In this document: piece by piece, positions 18,817 to 27,835 of the stretch | Position numbering within the stretch: the stretch's first letter is position 1 | Layout of the letters: each line of letters begins with the position of its first letter | DNA from: Thermoproteota archaeon | Lineage (GTDB): Archaea; Thermoproteota; Thermoprotei; Thermofilales; B9-G17 | DNA: 64,000 bases | Direction: 5' to 3' | NCBI GenBank assembly: GCA_029258885.1 | Contig: JAPDJW010000002.1 | Span: 384,001 to 448,000 of the forward strand | Position numbers and translations under genes: made by a program | The notes under the pieces: model-generated | The model's database searches: none | The model's input: only the letters and a program-made list of their open reading frames with translations | Told to the model about the DNA's origin: nothing

Positions 18817-19845
18817 TCAGCATATTCTCGGAACTATTTCTCCGAATGGTCTTTCAATCACCCTTACGCCACCTACCACTGTTTTAAGAAATACTTTTCC
18901 AATAGGCTCTCTCCTGACTTCACCGATGATTTCAGCATGTTTATATCCATTATTCCTAAGCTCCTCTACAAGATCCTTAGCATCCTCACTGCTTACACAG
19001 AGTACGGCCACCCCTTCAGAAGCGAGAACTAACGGATCTATTCCCATCATCTCTCCATACGCTTTAACGGACTCCCTTATAGGGATTTTATCCTCATACA
19101 CTATTATGGAGGTACCCGATTTCCTAGCCATCTCATTTAAAGCCATGGCTAGTCCTCCCCTAGTGGGATCCTTGGCGGCAACTACGTTATATTTTAAGGC
19201 TATATCCATAACTTTGGTTAACGTAGCTACATCGGACTTCAGCTCCCCGCTAACGCCGAGTCCAAGCTGGCAGGCCATTATAGTTGCGCCGTGATCGCCT
19301 ACATAGCCTGATACAACAATAGAGTATCCAGGCCTTAAGTTCGAGTCCTTCAACAGTTTATTAGCTATTCCTATACCGGTAGTGGATATAACTATCCCAT
19401 CTACAGAGCCCTTAGGCATAACTTTAAAGTCTCCACCTATCAGTGCTACGCTCTCCTTTTCAAGTACTCGTGTAAAGGAGGTCATTATTTTCTCAAAATC
19501 GTCTATGCTAAATCCCTCCTCAACAACTATCGAATCCATCACTGCGATAGGTTTGGCACCCATTACAGCAACGTCATTTATTGATCCGGCAGCTGCAAGC
19601 TTGCCTATATCGCCTCCCGGAAAAAATATGGGCTTTACGGTGTATACGTCGGTGGATACTACTAGGTGTCTCTCTTCGCCGCCTATTTTTAACGGTATGG
19701 TTGAGCCATCATCAAGTTCGTCTAAACCTATTCCATCCGGAACCTTCCATAGCTTAGCCTTAGGCCTAATGATATTCTCTATAATCTCTTGAGTCTCAAC
19801 GCCGCCAGAACCGTGGGCGAGGGTAAATCTTTCCATAGTATACAT
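18817..19845 (-). CDS. hypE: Hydrogenase maturation carbamoyl dehydratase HypE
   Basis: TLAHGSGG, FFPGGDIGKLA, KDPTRGGL, C-terminal PRIC. Confidence 0.97.
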   Translation of the reverse strand: MYTMERFTLAHGSGGVETQEIIENIIRPKAKLWKVPDGIGLDELDDGSTIPLKIGGEERHLVVSTDVYTVKPIFFPGGDIGKLAAAGSINDVAVMGAKPIAVMDSIVVEEGFSIDDFEKIMTSFTRVLEKESVALIGGDFKVMPKGSVDGIVISTTGIGIANKLLKDSNLRPGYSIVVSGYVGDHGATIMACQLGLGVSGELKSDVATLTKVMDIALKYNVVAAKDPTRGGLAMALNEMARKSGTSIIVYEDKIPIRESVKAYGEMMGIDPLVLASEGVAVLCVSSEDAKDLVEELRNNGYKHAEIIGEVRREPIGKVFLKTVVGGVRVIERPFGEIVPRIC

Positions 19846-19935
19846 AGGCGTTTATCCCTAATATTAAAGTACTGGAGGGTTATGCTTAAGGGTATACTTA
19901 TTTATTGCAGGCATATAATTTGATGAGGTGAATGC

Positions 19936-20334
19936 GTGGTTCACGAGTGGGCTCTAGCTGAAGCTATTATAAAAACTCTTGAGCAACATATTCCCAATAG
20001 CTGTGGAAGGAAAATATCTTACGTTGAGATAGTTGTGGGGAGCCTACAGGCCATAGATATCGACATATTAAAGTTCGCCGTAAACGAGCTGGCTAGAAAT
20101 AGGCAGATGAAGATAGCTAAAATCAACTATGTATCCGAGGATGCAAAATTTAAATGTAGGCGATGCGGCAACACCTGGAGTTTGAGCGAGATGAGTCTAA
20201 GCGATGAAGATAGAGAGTTGATACATTTCATTCCCGAAGCAGTATACGCTATAGTTTCCTGTGGTAAATGTGGTAGTCGGGATTTCGACATTATCAGTGG
20301 AAGGGGAGTCTATATATCGAGAATAGAGGTGTAG
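19936..20334 (+). CDS. hypA: Hydrogenase nickel metallochaperone HypA
   Basis: N-terminal (M)HEWALA, CRRC...CGKC Zn finger, GRGVYI. Confidence 0.96.
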   Translation: MVHEWALAEAIIKTLEQHIPNSCGRKISYVEIVVGSLQAIDIDILKFAVNELARNRQMKIAKINYVSEDAKFKCRRCGNTWSLSEMSLSDEDRELIHFIPEAVYAIVSCGKCGSRDFDIISGRGVYISRIEV

Positions 20335-20337
20335 ATC

Positions 20338-21084
20338 GTGATTGACCCGAGGATTAGCATTATAGAGGATAGGTTTAGGAATGTAAAATCAATATTATGT
20401 ATAGTAAGTAGCAAAGGCGGAGTTGGAAAAACCCTCTTCTCATGTGCTTCGGCGCTGGTCCTAGGTAAAATGAACTATAGCGTTGGTCTTCTGGATCTAG
20501 ATTTTACAAACCCTTCCTGTCACATAGTTTTAGGAGTAAACCTGGAGGACTATATGCCAGTTGAAGATAAAGGTATAGTCCCGAGAAAAATCCACGGGAT
20601 ATACTTCATAACCATGGCATTCTATACTCGAGACGAGCCGTTGCCGCTTAGGGGACAGTATGTGGATGAGGCATTTAAGGAGCTCCTAGCTATAACCAGG
20701 TGGCCGGATATAGATTTCCTTATAATAGACATGCCTCCTGGAATAAGGGACGAGATACTTAATGTTTTCAAATTTATACCTAAAGCCTCCTTTGTGGTTA
20801 TTTCAACGCCAGATATATTAAGCATAAAATCGGCTGAAAGGCTATTAAAGCTGTTGAAGGAGTCTGGAGTCGATGTTATAGGAATACTATGTAATATGTG
20901 TAGGGATAACGAGAAACCCATAGTTAATCTTGCACAAAAAATGGGCGTCATGTATCTGGGAAAAGTAGGTTTCTACGATGATATAGCAGCTAAGATAGGG
21001 GAACCCGCAGGGCTAGTTAATCACAAGTTCTCAGATGATGTAAAAAATATCATTATTAAGATTATTAATGGGAAAGCTACTTAA
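20338..21084 (+). CDS. Mrp/ApbC-family P-loop ATPase, probably the Mrp/MinD-type HypB substitute
   Basis: SSKGGVGKT, LDLDF, DMPPG; directly downstream of hypA, as in Thermococcales. Confidence 0.85.
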   Translation: MIDPRISIIEDRFRNVKSILCIVSSKGGVGKTLFSCASALVLGKMNYSVGLLDLDFTNPSCHIVLGVNLEDYMPVEDKGIVPRKIHGIYFITMAFYTRDEPLPLRGQYVDEAFKELLAITRWPDIDFLIIDMPPGIRDEILNVFKFIPKASFVVISTPDILSIKSAERLLKLLKESGVDVIGILCNMCRDNEKPIVNLAQKMGVMYLGKVGFYDDIAAKIGEPAGLVNHKFSDDVKNIIIKIINGKAT

Positions 21085-21328
21085 GAGAGTATGTTTGATG
21101 CTTAACTAAAACATATTCCAGCATTTCACTCCAGTACTTTAAGGCATCCTCAACGTATTTTCTATCGACTCTTTCTATGGCTGCTCCAGCGTGGACTATA
21201 ACGTAGTCGCCTGGCTTAATGTCTGGAATAAGGCTTAAATCAACTTCTCTCGTTATACCGCCGAAGTCAACTATCCCTAATCCTTCCTCAAGTATCTTAA
21301 CAACTTTTCCCGGTACTCCTAGGCACAT
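21077..21328 (-). CDS. hypC: Hydrogenase maturation chaperone HypC
   Basis: MCLGVPGKV...GDYVIVHAGAAI. Confidence 0.97.
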   Translation of the reverse strand: MCLGVPGKVVKILEEGLGIVDFGGITREVDLSLIPDIKPGDYVIVHAGAAIERVDRKYVEDALKYWSEMLEYVLVKHQTYSLK

Positions 21329-21330
21329 GG

Positions 21331-21798
21331 TTACTCCTGAGCCTGCTCCTCCACTTCTTTAGCCATTTCTTCAATTATTGGCTGTAGCATGGCAAGCGTC
21401 TTTATAACCTGGGCTACCAAGATATATTTTTTGGTGGCTAAATCCTTAATCGTCTTAATTGCAAACGCTTTCTTAAGAAGCTCAGCATCTCTCTCCGAAA
21501 CACCGCTTAAAGCTGAGACTGGAGCATTAACTAACTCCTTGGGACTTTTATCCTCAAAAGCCTTATCCAATGCAGCCTCCCATACATCAGCTAGAGCCAC
21601 TATGGCCTGGGCAAGCTTCACGTACTTATTATCTGCTAGATCTCTTATCGTTTTAATATTAAATGCTTCCTTAAGTAGTTCAGCGTCTTTTTCAGACACA
21701 CCCTTAATGGCTGAGACTGGAGCATCTAACAAATCTCTTGGAGGCAGATGTGCAAACTTCTTATCTACAAGCAATCCTAGGTTCCACTCCGTAGACAT
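21331..21798 (-). CDS. Hypothetical protein made of two 66-aa helix-hairpin-helix-like repeats
   Basis: APVSAIKGVSEKDAELLKEAFNIKTIRDLA and APVSALSGVSERDAELLKKAFAIKTIKDLA; 16-bp DNA repeat with a 198-bp offset. Confidence 0.8.
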   Translation of the reverse strand: MSTEWNLGLLVDKKFAHLPPRDLLDAPVSAIKGVSEKDAELLKEAFNIKTIRDLADNKYVKLAQAIVALADVWEAALDKAFEDKSPKELVNAPVSALSGVSERDAELLKKAFAIKTIKDLATKKYILVAQVIKTLAMLQPIIEEMAKEVEEQAQE

Positions 21799-21911
21799 TA
21801 GCTTCACCTAAAATCTTAAAATGTTTTACGATTAAAAATGTTATGCTTTGAGCTAAACGATTAAATAATAAAATTCAAATAGTCTGTAGAATTGAAATAT
21901 TTGGGTGAAAA

Positions 21912-22553
21912 ATGCTCAGAACGTTCTACTTATTCAACATGTTTATGGATTGGCTCAGCGCCATAATTTTCTTTGCAGTTGGTTATCTAGCATATAGGGG
22001 GCTTAAGCTAACTAAAGCCAAGATATTTCTATTCCATACGAGTGGATTTATGCTTCAATTCCTAGGGTTGCTGACGCACGGCATAGTAATGCTAACAGTA
22101 TTTCTATACTACCCGTTAACGGGGACATTTCCTAAGTTAAAGCTTGTATTCTTAGTCTTCTCTATAGCTAAGATGGTGTACTATATATTGACGGCTGTTG
22201 GTTATCTAATAATAGCGCTCGGATACGCTCTTAGGAAAAGCGAGAAGTACCGTATTCTATCAACAGCGCCAATACTTCCGTTAATCCTAAATACGAACTT
22301 TGAGGCCTTTAACTCAGCCCTAACACTTGTGCTCGTGTTAGAAGCGGCAGCCGTTTATCTTGAGAATAGGGAGAGGGATTCGCTTAAGATACTGATGGCG
22401 TTTATTCTGATGTTTATAAGCCATGCTTTAAGCCTAATAGCTATCATAGGGACATTAGAATTAATCTTCATTGCCGCTAGGATTAGCAGGTACGTTGGGG
22501 CAATACTGTTCCTAATGTTCTTGAGAGGGGTGTTGAGGAGAGTTGAAGGCTAG
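21912..22553 (+). CDS. Hypothetical polytopic membrane protein (about 6-7 TM)
   Basis: Alternating hydrophobic segments; overlaps the downstream wHTH gene. Confidence 0.75.
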   Translation: MLRTFYLFNMFMDWLSAIIFFAVGYLAYRGLKLTKAKIFLFHTSGFMLQFLGLLTHGIVMLTVFLYYPLTGTFPKLKLVFLVFSIAKMVYYILTAVGYLIIALGYALRKSEKYRILSTAPILPLILNTNFEAFNSALTLVLVLEAAAVYLENRERDSLKILMAFILMFISHALSLIAIIGTLELIFIAARISRYVGAILFLMFLRGVLRRVEG

Positions 22554-22830
22554 GAGAGTTGAAAGGAGGTCTCAGATAAAGATCATCGCAGATATCTTAG
22601 ATGCAATAGTTAAAGTGGGCGATGCCAGGGTAACCTATATTCTAACGGCGGCCAATTTGTCGTATGATAGGCTTCAAAGATATCTAAATTTATTGCTTAG
22701 GCAGGGATTAATTCTTGAACGCGTAGAAAACGACGTTAAAATATATAGCATAACTAAGAAAGGTTTGGATTTTCTAAGAGAGTTTAAGAGAATAGAGGAG
22801 TTCGCTAAGGCATTCGGAATACCTGTGTAA
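22543..22830 (+). CDS. Winged helix-turn-helix transcriptional regulator
   Basis: RRSQIKIIADIL...TYILTAANLSYDRLQRYLNLL...YSITKKG. Confidence 0.88.
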   Translation: MKARRVERRSQIKIIADILDAIVKVGDARVTYILTAANLSYDRLQRYLNLLLRQGLILERVENDVKIYSITKKGLDFLREFKRIEEFAKAFGIPV

Positions 22831-22902
22831 AAATCAATATAATAGTATGGTGTAATTAATCGAGTAACTGTTCTTCGAAGCTATCGGACGGGTTGATTAT
22901 CG

Positions 22903-23464
22903 ATGATCCCTTTGACCGATTTCCTTATGCCGTTTATCATCGTATGTTTAGCTGAACTAGGCGATAAGACCCAGTTAGCTATTTTCTGTCTATCGCTTAA
23001 GACTAGTAAAAGATTTCAGGTACTAGTTGGTTCAATCGCAGCATTTATAGTAAGTGATGGTATTGCGGTTGTTCTCGGCGACCTCGTATCCTCGGTTATA
23101 CCCATTTACTATATAAAGCTCTTTATAATCCTCGGCGGCGCTCTTTATAATCCTCGGAGCAACTTTAATTAGAGGGTGCGAGGAGGGGGACACAATAACT
23201 GAGTCTAAAAATCCTTTACTTACGAGCTTCACTGTCGTCTTCCTATCCGAACTAGGTGATAAGACTCAGCTGGCTTCAGGTCTACTTGCATCTATGTATA
23301 ACACATACTGTGTTTTCATCGGAGTTATCCTAGCATTGTCGCTACTAGCCTGCCTATCAGTCTTCATAGGGAAGGTTCTTGCGAATAAAGTTGCTATGAA
23401 AAAGCTTATGCTTATAGCTGGAATCACATTGATACTTGCTGGAATATATATCGTATTCACGTAA
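22903..23464 (+). pseudogene. GDT1/TMEM165 (UPF0016) Ca2+/Mn2+ transporter, frameshifted
   Basis: First ELGDKTQ motif in ORF 22903-23172; the second (SELGDKTQ) is in another frame ending TAA at 23464. The shift lies at an 18-bp direct repeat with 22-bp period. Confidence 0.88.
23118..23157 (+). repeat. 18-bp direct repeat GCTCTTTATAATCCTCGG x2 (period 22)
   Basis: Copies at 23118-23135 and 23140-23157. Confidence 0.95.
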
Positions 23465-23604
23465 GTAAGTGACGTCTCCAATTATAATCAAACAATGCTA
23501 TCAATATTCATTTTCTCTAGATACTACATTATATTTTAAAGTTTTCTTAGCATAAAACTAAAATTCCTGCGTTTCCCCATAACGGTAGATACTAAAAGCG
23601 ATAG

Positions 23605-25383
23605 GTGAGCTCCTTGAGACAGAGCATGAGAGACGTGTTCAGGACGATCAGTATGCAAATTACCGAGCGTTTGACGTACCTTTATAAGTGGGTTATATTA
23701 GCGTCTGCTGTCGGCATAGTCTCAGGAGTTGGCGCAATAATCTTTAAAGAGCTAGTCGAATTTTCAACATACTTCTTTCTAGGAACTATTATGGGGTATA
23801 GGGTCGATGCTGGGAGGGGAACCATAACTATCGAAAGAAGCTGGCTTATTCCAATCGTAGTGGGAGTAGGCGGGATACTATCGGGAATTATCACATATAC
23901 CTTAGCGCCTGAAACAGAGGGACATGGAACAGACTCAGTCATAAAGTCAATTCATAGGCTTGCTGGCGAAATAAGGAGCAGAGTTCCTATAGTAAAGGCT
24001 GTTTCTACTGCCTTCACGCTTGGATCAGGAGGAAGCGCAGGAAAGGAGGGGCCAATTGCCCAAATAGGAGCAGGCTTTGGTTCACTACTTGGAAGTCTGC
24101 TTAAGCTATCAAGTAGAGACAGAAAAATTCTGGTTGTCTGTGGTGTAGCTGGCGGTATAGGAAGCGTATTTAAAGCCCCCTTTGGAGCTGGAATCTTCTC
24201 AGTTGAAGTATTGTACCTACAGGATATAGAGGTTGAGGCAATTATTCCAGCCTTTATATCATCAATAATAGCATACGTAATTTTCGCTTCAGTATATGGA
24301 ACATCGCATATGTTTAGTCTCGGCAATGTATCATTCAATCCCATAGTGGAACTTCCTTTCTACTTCTTGCTTGGAATAGTGCTGGGAGTTTCCGCCATAG
24401 CCTACATTAAAGTGTTTTATGCAGTACACTTCTTCTTTAAGAAGCTACGTATTAAAGATCACGTGAAGCCAGCTATAGGTGGACTCATAGCTGGGCTTAT
24501 AGGCATAGCGTATCCACGAACATTAGGCTCAGGCTATGAACACATTCAACTAGCCCTAACTGATAAGCTACCCTACTTCGACTACCTTACTACACCTATT
24601 TTCAAGATACTAGCTACGGCGTTCACAATAGGTTCTGGCGGCAGCGGAGGAGTATTCGCCCCTTCACTCGTAATAGGCGGGCTACTGGGAGGAGCCTTCG
24701 CCAAGACTGTGGATGCATTGATTCCCGGCGCGAATCTAAATACCGCCGCCTTTATAATAATTGGAATGATGAGCTTCTTTGCTGCGGCTGGTAAGGTTCC
24801 TTTAGCTTCTATAATTATGGTTGCTGAAATGACTAGTGGATACGAGTTAATGGTTCCAGCTATAGTTTCATCGACCATCGCATACATAATATCTATGAAA
24901 ACCACGATATACATTAATCAAATACCCCATAGACTAGGCGAGAAGCTGGTTATGCTCGAGGACGTATATAATATCATAGTTAGGTCGGAACCCTACATCC
25001 TGCAAACAGAGGCTGAAAAGATGATGGTAAAGCCTATAGCTGTACTCAAGGAGAATATGAAGATTAAGGACGTCCTAAAAATGGTTAGTAAGTATAATTA
25101 TAGAGTATATCCGGTAGTTGATGGGAATGGAATCTTTACAGGATACATCTGCCTTGAGGAGTTGATAACGGTAAGTAGGAGAGCCCGCAACCTAAGCTTA
25201 GAGTACATGAGGATACATTCAGGGCTTGCGTTCAGCAAACATACGCCGCTGAAGAAGATTATAGATGAAATGATAAACCACGGGGTTGACAAGGTTTTCA
25301 TAACGGATGATAATGGAAAGTTGATAGGAATTATAACGATTAAGGATATCCTAAGATTTCTTACATATAAAGAAATTAAGTAA
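23605..25383 (+). CDS. ClC chloride channel/antiporter with C-terminal CBS pair
   Basis: EGHGTD, GGSAGKEGP, FKAPFGA, GGSGGVFAPSL; CBS motifs YPVVD...G and GKLIGIITIKD. Confidence 0.95.
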   Translation: MSSLRQSMRDVFRTISMQITERLTYLYKWVILASAVGIVSGVGAIIFKELVEFSTYFFLGTIMGYRVDAGRGTITIERSWLIPIVVGVGGILSGIITYTLAPETEGHGTDSVIKSIHRLAGEIRSRVPIVKAVSTAFTLGSGGSAGKEGPIAQIGAGFGSLLGSLLKLSSRDRKILVVCGVAGGIGSVFKAPFGAGIFSVEVLYLQDIEVEAIIPAFISSIIAYVIFASVYGTSHMFSLGNVSFNPIVELPFYFLLGIVLGVSAIAYIKVFYAVHFFFKKLRIKDHVKPAIGGLIAGLIGIAYPRTLGSGYEHIQLALTDKLPYFDYLTTPIFKILATAFTIGSGGSGGVFAPSLVIGGLLGGAFAKTVDALIPGANLNTAAFIIIGMMSFFAAAGKVPLASIIMVAEMTSGYELMVPAIVSSTIAYIISMKTTIYINQIPHRLGEKLVMLEDVYNIIVRSEPYILQTEAEKMMVKPIAVLKENMKIKDVLKMVSKYNYRVYPVVDGNGIFTGYICLEELITVSRRARNLSLEYMRIHSGLAFSKHTPLKKIIDEMINHGVDKVFITDDNGKLIGIITIKDILRFLTYKEIK

Positions 25384-25597
25384 ATGGTAGGATCCGTAAA
25401 TATTTTAAGTAAATCACCTACCTCTAGTTTTAGGCAGCGTCTGCAGTACTAGGCAGAGGACATAGATAAAACTTAGACTTGTTATTCGCCAAAATATAGT
25501 AGTTAGCGATGATACATACGCAATATATTCTTAGCGGATGTGAAGGCAGGTAGATAAAGCTATATATGAGGATTTAATTGAGGAGAATAGGTGAATA

Positions 25598-25876
25598 ATG
25601 GAGACAATAGATACTCATGTTAAATGTCCTTCCTGCGGCCGTGTAGTTCCTAAGGGAACTTACTGTATATATTGTGGATCTCCCCTAGATAGGGCGACAC
25701 CTGTTGAAATAGTTAAAGAAGCCAGAGGTGAGGTAGAGGAGAAGAGCTTTAATGAAATAGTTATAAACAGACTTGAGAAATTAGAGAAGCTTCTCGAAGG
25801 AGTAAAGGTTTGCCCTAAGTGCGGCACGCTAGTTAAAGGAAGTAAGTGTAGTGTTTGCGGTACTGAGCTGGAATAA
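25598..25876 (+). CDS. Double zinc-ribbon protein with a central coiled coil
   Basis: CPSC..CIYC and CPKC..CSVC separated by NRLEKLEKLLE. Confidence 0.8.
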   Translation: METIDTHVKCPSCGRVVPKGTYCIYCGSPLDRATPVEIVKEARGEVEEKSFNEIVINRLEKLEKLLEGVKVCPKCGTLVKGSKCSVCGTELE

Positions 25877-25908
25877 GACTTATTAGCTTGGTAAACTAGT
25901 AAACTCTC

Positions 25909-26121
25909 ATGAAGAAAAAACCTTTTGTAGTTTCAATCAAGAACGTAGATCCTATTCTCTGGTCTAAATTCAAAGCTGAAGCTAGCTTGCTTGGAATACC
26001 TATGGGTGAGGCATTTAATCAAGCAATCAGGCTGTGGCTTTTTAAGGTAACGGATGCTTCTGTTAAAGATAAACTTAGAAAAATATTTGGAGAGGGTATA
26101 GAAGTTGGAGCAAGCATTTAA
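25909..26121 (+). CDS. Ribbon-helix-helix-like small DNA-binding protein (antitoxin-like)
   Basis: VVSIKNVDPILWSKFKAEASLLGIPMGEAFNQAIRLWL, a beta-helix-helix pattern; overlaps the PIN gene. Confidence 0.65.
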   Translation: MKKKPFVVSIKNVDPILWSKFKAEASLLGIPMGEAFNQAIRLWLFKVTDASVKDKLRKIFGEGIEVGASI

Positions 26122-26614
26122 TAGATACAGCAGGTTTATAGGCAGGATAGTTGAAAGAGGCTTTTCTGTAGTAATTTCACATGAAGTAATTGCTCTTGCA
26201 TTAGATAAACATAACCCCTATAGGGATTATGGATTAAAGCTTGTTAATATGATGCTGAGCGAGGAGATCGATTATCATATTCCAGCATGCTTCTTCCATT
26301 ACCTATATTGGTATAGCGTCAATGAGCTCGGCCTTAATAAATTTAAAGTACACGATGCAGTTTCATGCATATTCAAATACATTCCTTCGACTAGAATTCA
26401 CTCAATAGACTTAAGGGTTGAGCTGGAATCTATAAATATATATCACAAAACGAGCCTAGATATCAGTGAGATAGTTTATGTCGCCTTAGCTAAAGTACTT
26501 AATACTAAGTTTATTATCTCTTGTAAACAATCCCTAGATATACCAGATATACTCCGCCTGAACCCGTACCCTGCTTCTGAGAATGAGCTACTGAAGAATA
26601 GGAAGCTACCTTAA
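26105..26614 (+). CDS. PIN-fold (VapC-like) protein with a degenerate active site
   Basis: PIN-like spacing VVIS..ALALDKHNPY / LDISEIVYVALAKVLN..IISCK / LNP, but most catalytic acidic residues are missing. Confidence 0.6.
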   Translation: MEQAFNRYSRFIGRIVERGFSVVISHEVIALALDKHNPYRDYGLKLVNMMLSEEIDYHIPACFFHYLYWYSVNELGLNKFKVHDAVSCIFKYIPSTRIHSIDLRVELESINIYHKTSLDISEIVYVALAKVLNTKFIISCKQSLDIPDILRLNPYPASENELLKNRKLP

Positions 26615-27360
26615 ATTTCAATATATTGTGATCGCAGATATTTCAGCTTGCCGAAGTCGTATATACCTACCTCCGGGTCGACGACATATACTTCGAAGTC
26701 ACTAATATCTATCCTTCTCAGATACGGCGATAACAGTTGCCCGCTATCTAGCTCATTCACACTGGATCCGGGCATTAGCGGCGATAGTGCTGGTAGGATG
26801 ACGACTACTTGATCATTAACCTTACCTTCAAGAATACATTTAAACTTATATTTAATGCCTAGTTCATCTCTAATCGATACTGCTGGATGCTCGTGGCCGA
26901 GAATTATGTATTCATAGTTAGCTGCATCAATAGTTAAATCCTTATGTCCATGAGTGAAGTAATAATTTTCGATAGCATAGAAGGGGTCATATAACTCTAT
27001 TCCTTTACGTTTAAGTATTGGTATTAGAAAGTTATCGTGGTTTCCCCTTACCACAATGATCTCCTTGACGTTTTCCTGGAGAAACTCTATTAGGTCAAGT
27101 ACCTCCGACCACTCCTGTCTAGTTGCTGCGCCGAACTCGTGTTTCACGTCCCCATCTATTATTATCCTGCTGGGATTCGTCTTTTCAACCATCTCCTCTA
27201 CGGCTTCCTTAATCTTAAAGTACTGGCTTTGCGGGAGGTGAATACCCTGTTCTGCTAGCGTCTCCTCATACCCTATATGGAGATCTGCAATTACAAGGGA
27301 ATCTATATCCTCGAGAAATATACCTAACCCTACAATCTTACCATGCTTCATATATAACAT
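26611..27360 (-). CDS. Calcineurin-like metallophosphoesterase, Lhr-associated type
   Basis: IADLHIGYE, IDGDVKHEF, RGNHD, THGH, GHEHP. Confidence 0.93.
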   Translation of the reverse strand: MLYMKHGKIVGLGIFLEDIDSLVIADLHIGYEETLAEQGIHLPQSQYFKIKEAVEEMVEKTNPSRIIIDGDVKHEFGAATRQEWSEVLDLIEFLQENVKEIIVVRGNHDNFLIPILKRKGIELYDPFYAIENYYFTHGHKDLTIDAANYEYIILGHEHPAVSIRDELGIKYKFKCILEGKVNDQVVVILPALSPLMPGSSVNELDSGQLLSPYLRRIDISDFEVYVVDPEVGIYDFGKLKYLRSQYIEI

Positions 27361-27362
27361 GA

Positions 27363-27746
27363 CTATTCCCTAACGCTTTCAATCCATGAAGCATTTAACC
27401 TCAGCATACCATTCTTATATACCTCTTCTACTGCAATGATATATAAAAGCACCTTATGTCTACCTCTTACGGCAAAAAGGCCACGGCGGGTGATAATCCT
27501 CCATACTCCTGATATACCTTTCGACTCCCTGTCAACCAGCGCCGTAACAAATACATACCCTTTTTCAGCAAGTTCCATGGCCTTGCTACGTATGATACCT
27601 TTCTCCTCATCGCTCAACTCGCTTTCCTCTATTTCATCAATAACCTCCTCTAGTGCGTGGGTATATCTCAGTATTTCCTCGTCGCTTGGATTTTCACTAT
27701 TAATATGATTAAAAGGACAAATATATTCTCTAAATACTAAGCTCAT
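27363..27746 (-). CDS. Hypothetical protein between lhr and the metallophosphoesterase
   Basis: 127-aa ORF with natural composition, 2 bp from the MPE start; no motif recognised. Confidence 0.65.
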   Translation of the reverse strand: MSLVFREYICPFNHINSENPSDEEILRYTHALEEVIDEIEESELSDEEKGIIRSKAMELAEKGYVFVTALVDRESKGISGVWRIITRRGLFAVRGRHKVLLYIIAVEEVYKNGMLRLNASWIESVRE

Positions 27747-27835
27747 ACTCTCAATAATTATATTTTGACATCAAGTTAATTACTCTTTCCGTAAACTCCT
27801 TTATGAATCAAGAATAATACCCTCCTAGCTTTCCT

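Noticed and set aside
23465-25383. Fluoride riboswitch and fluoride-specific ClC
   Set aside because: No crcB-motif sequence upstream; the protein has GHGTD/GKEGP rather than the GNNLI/GREGT signature.
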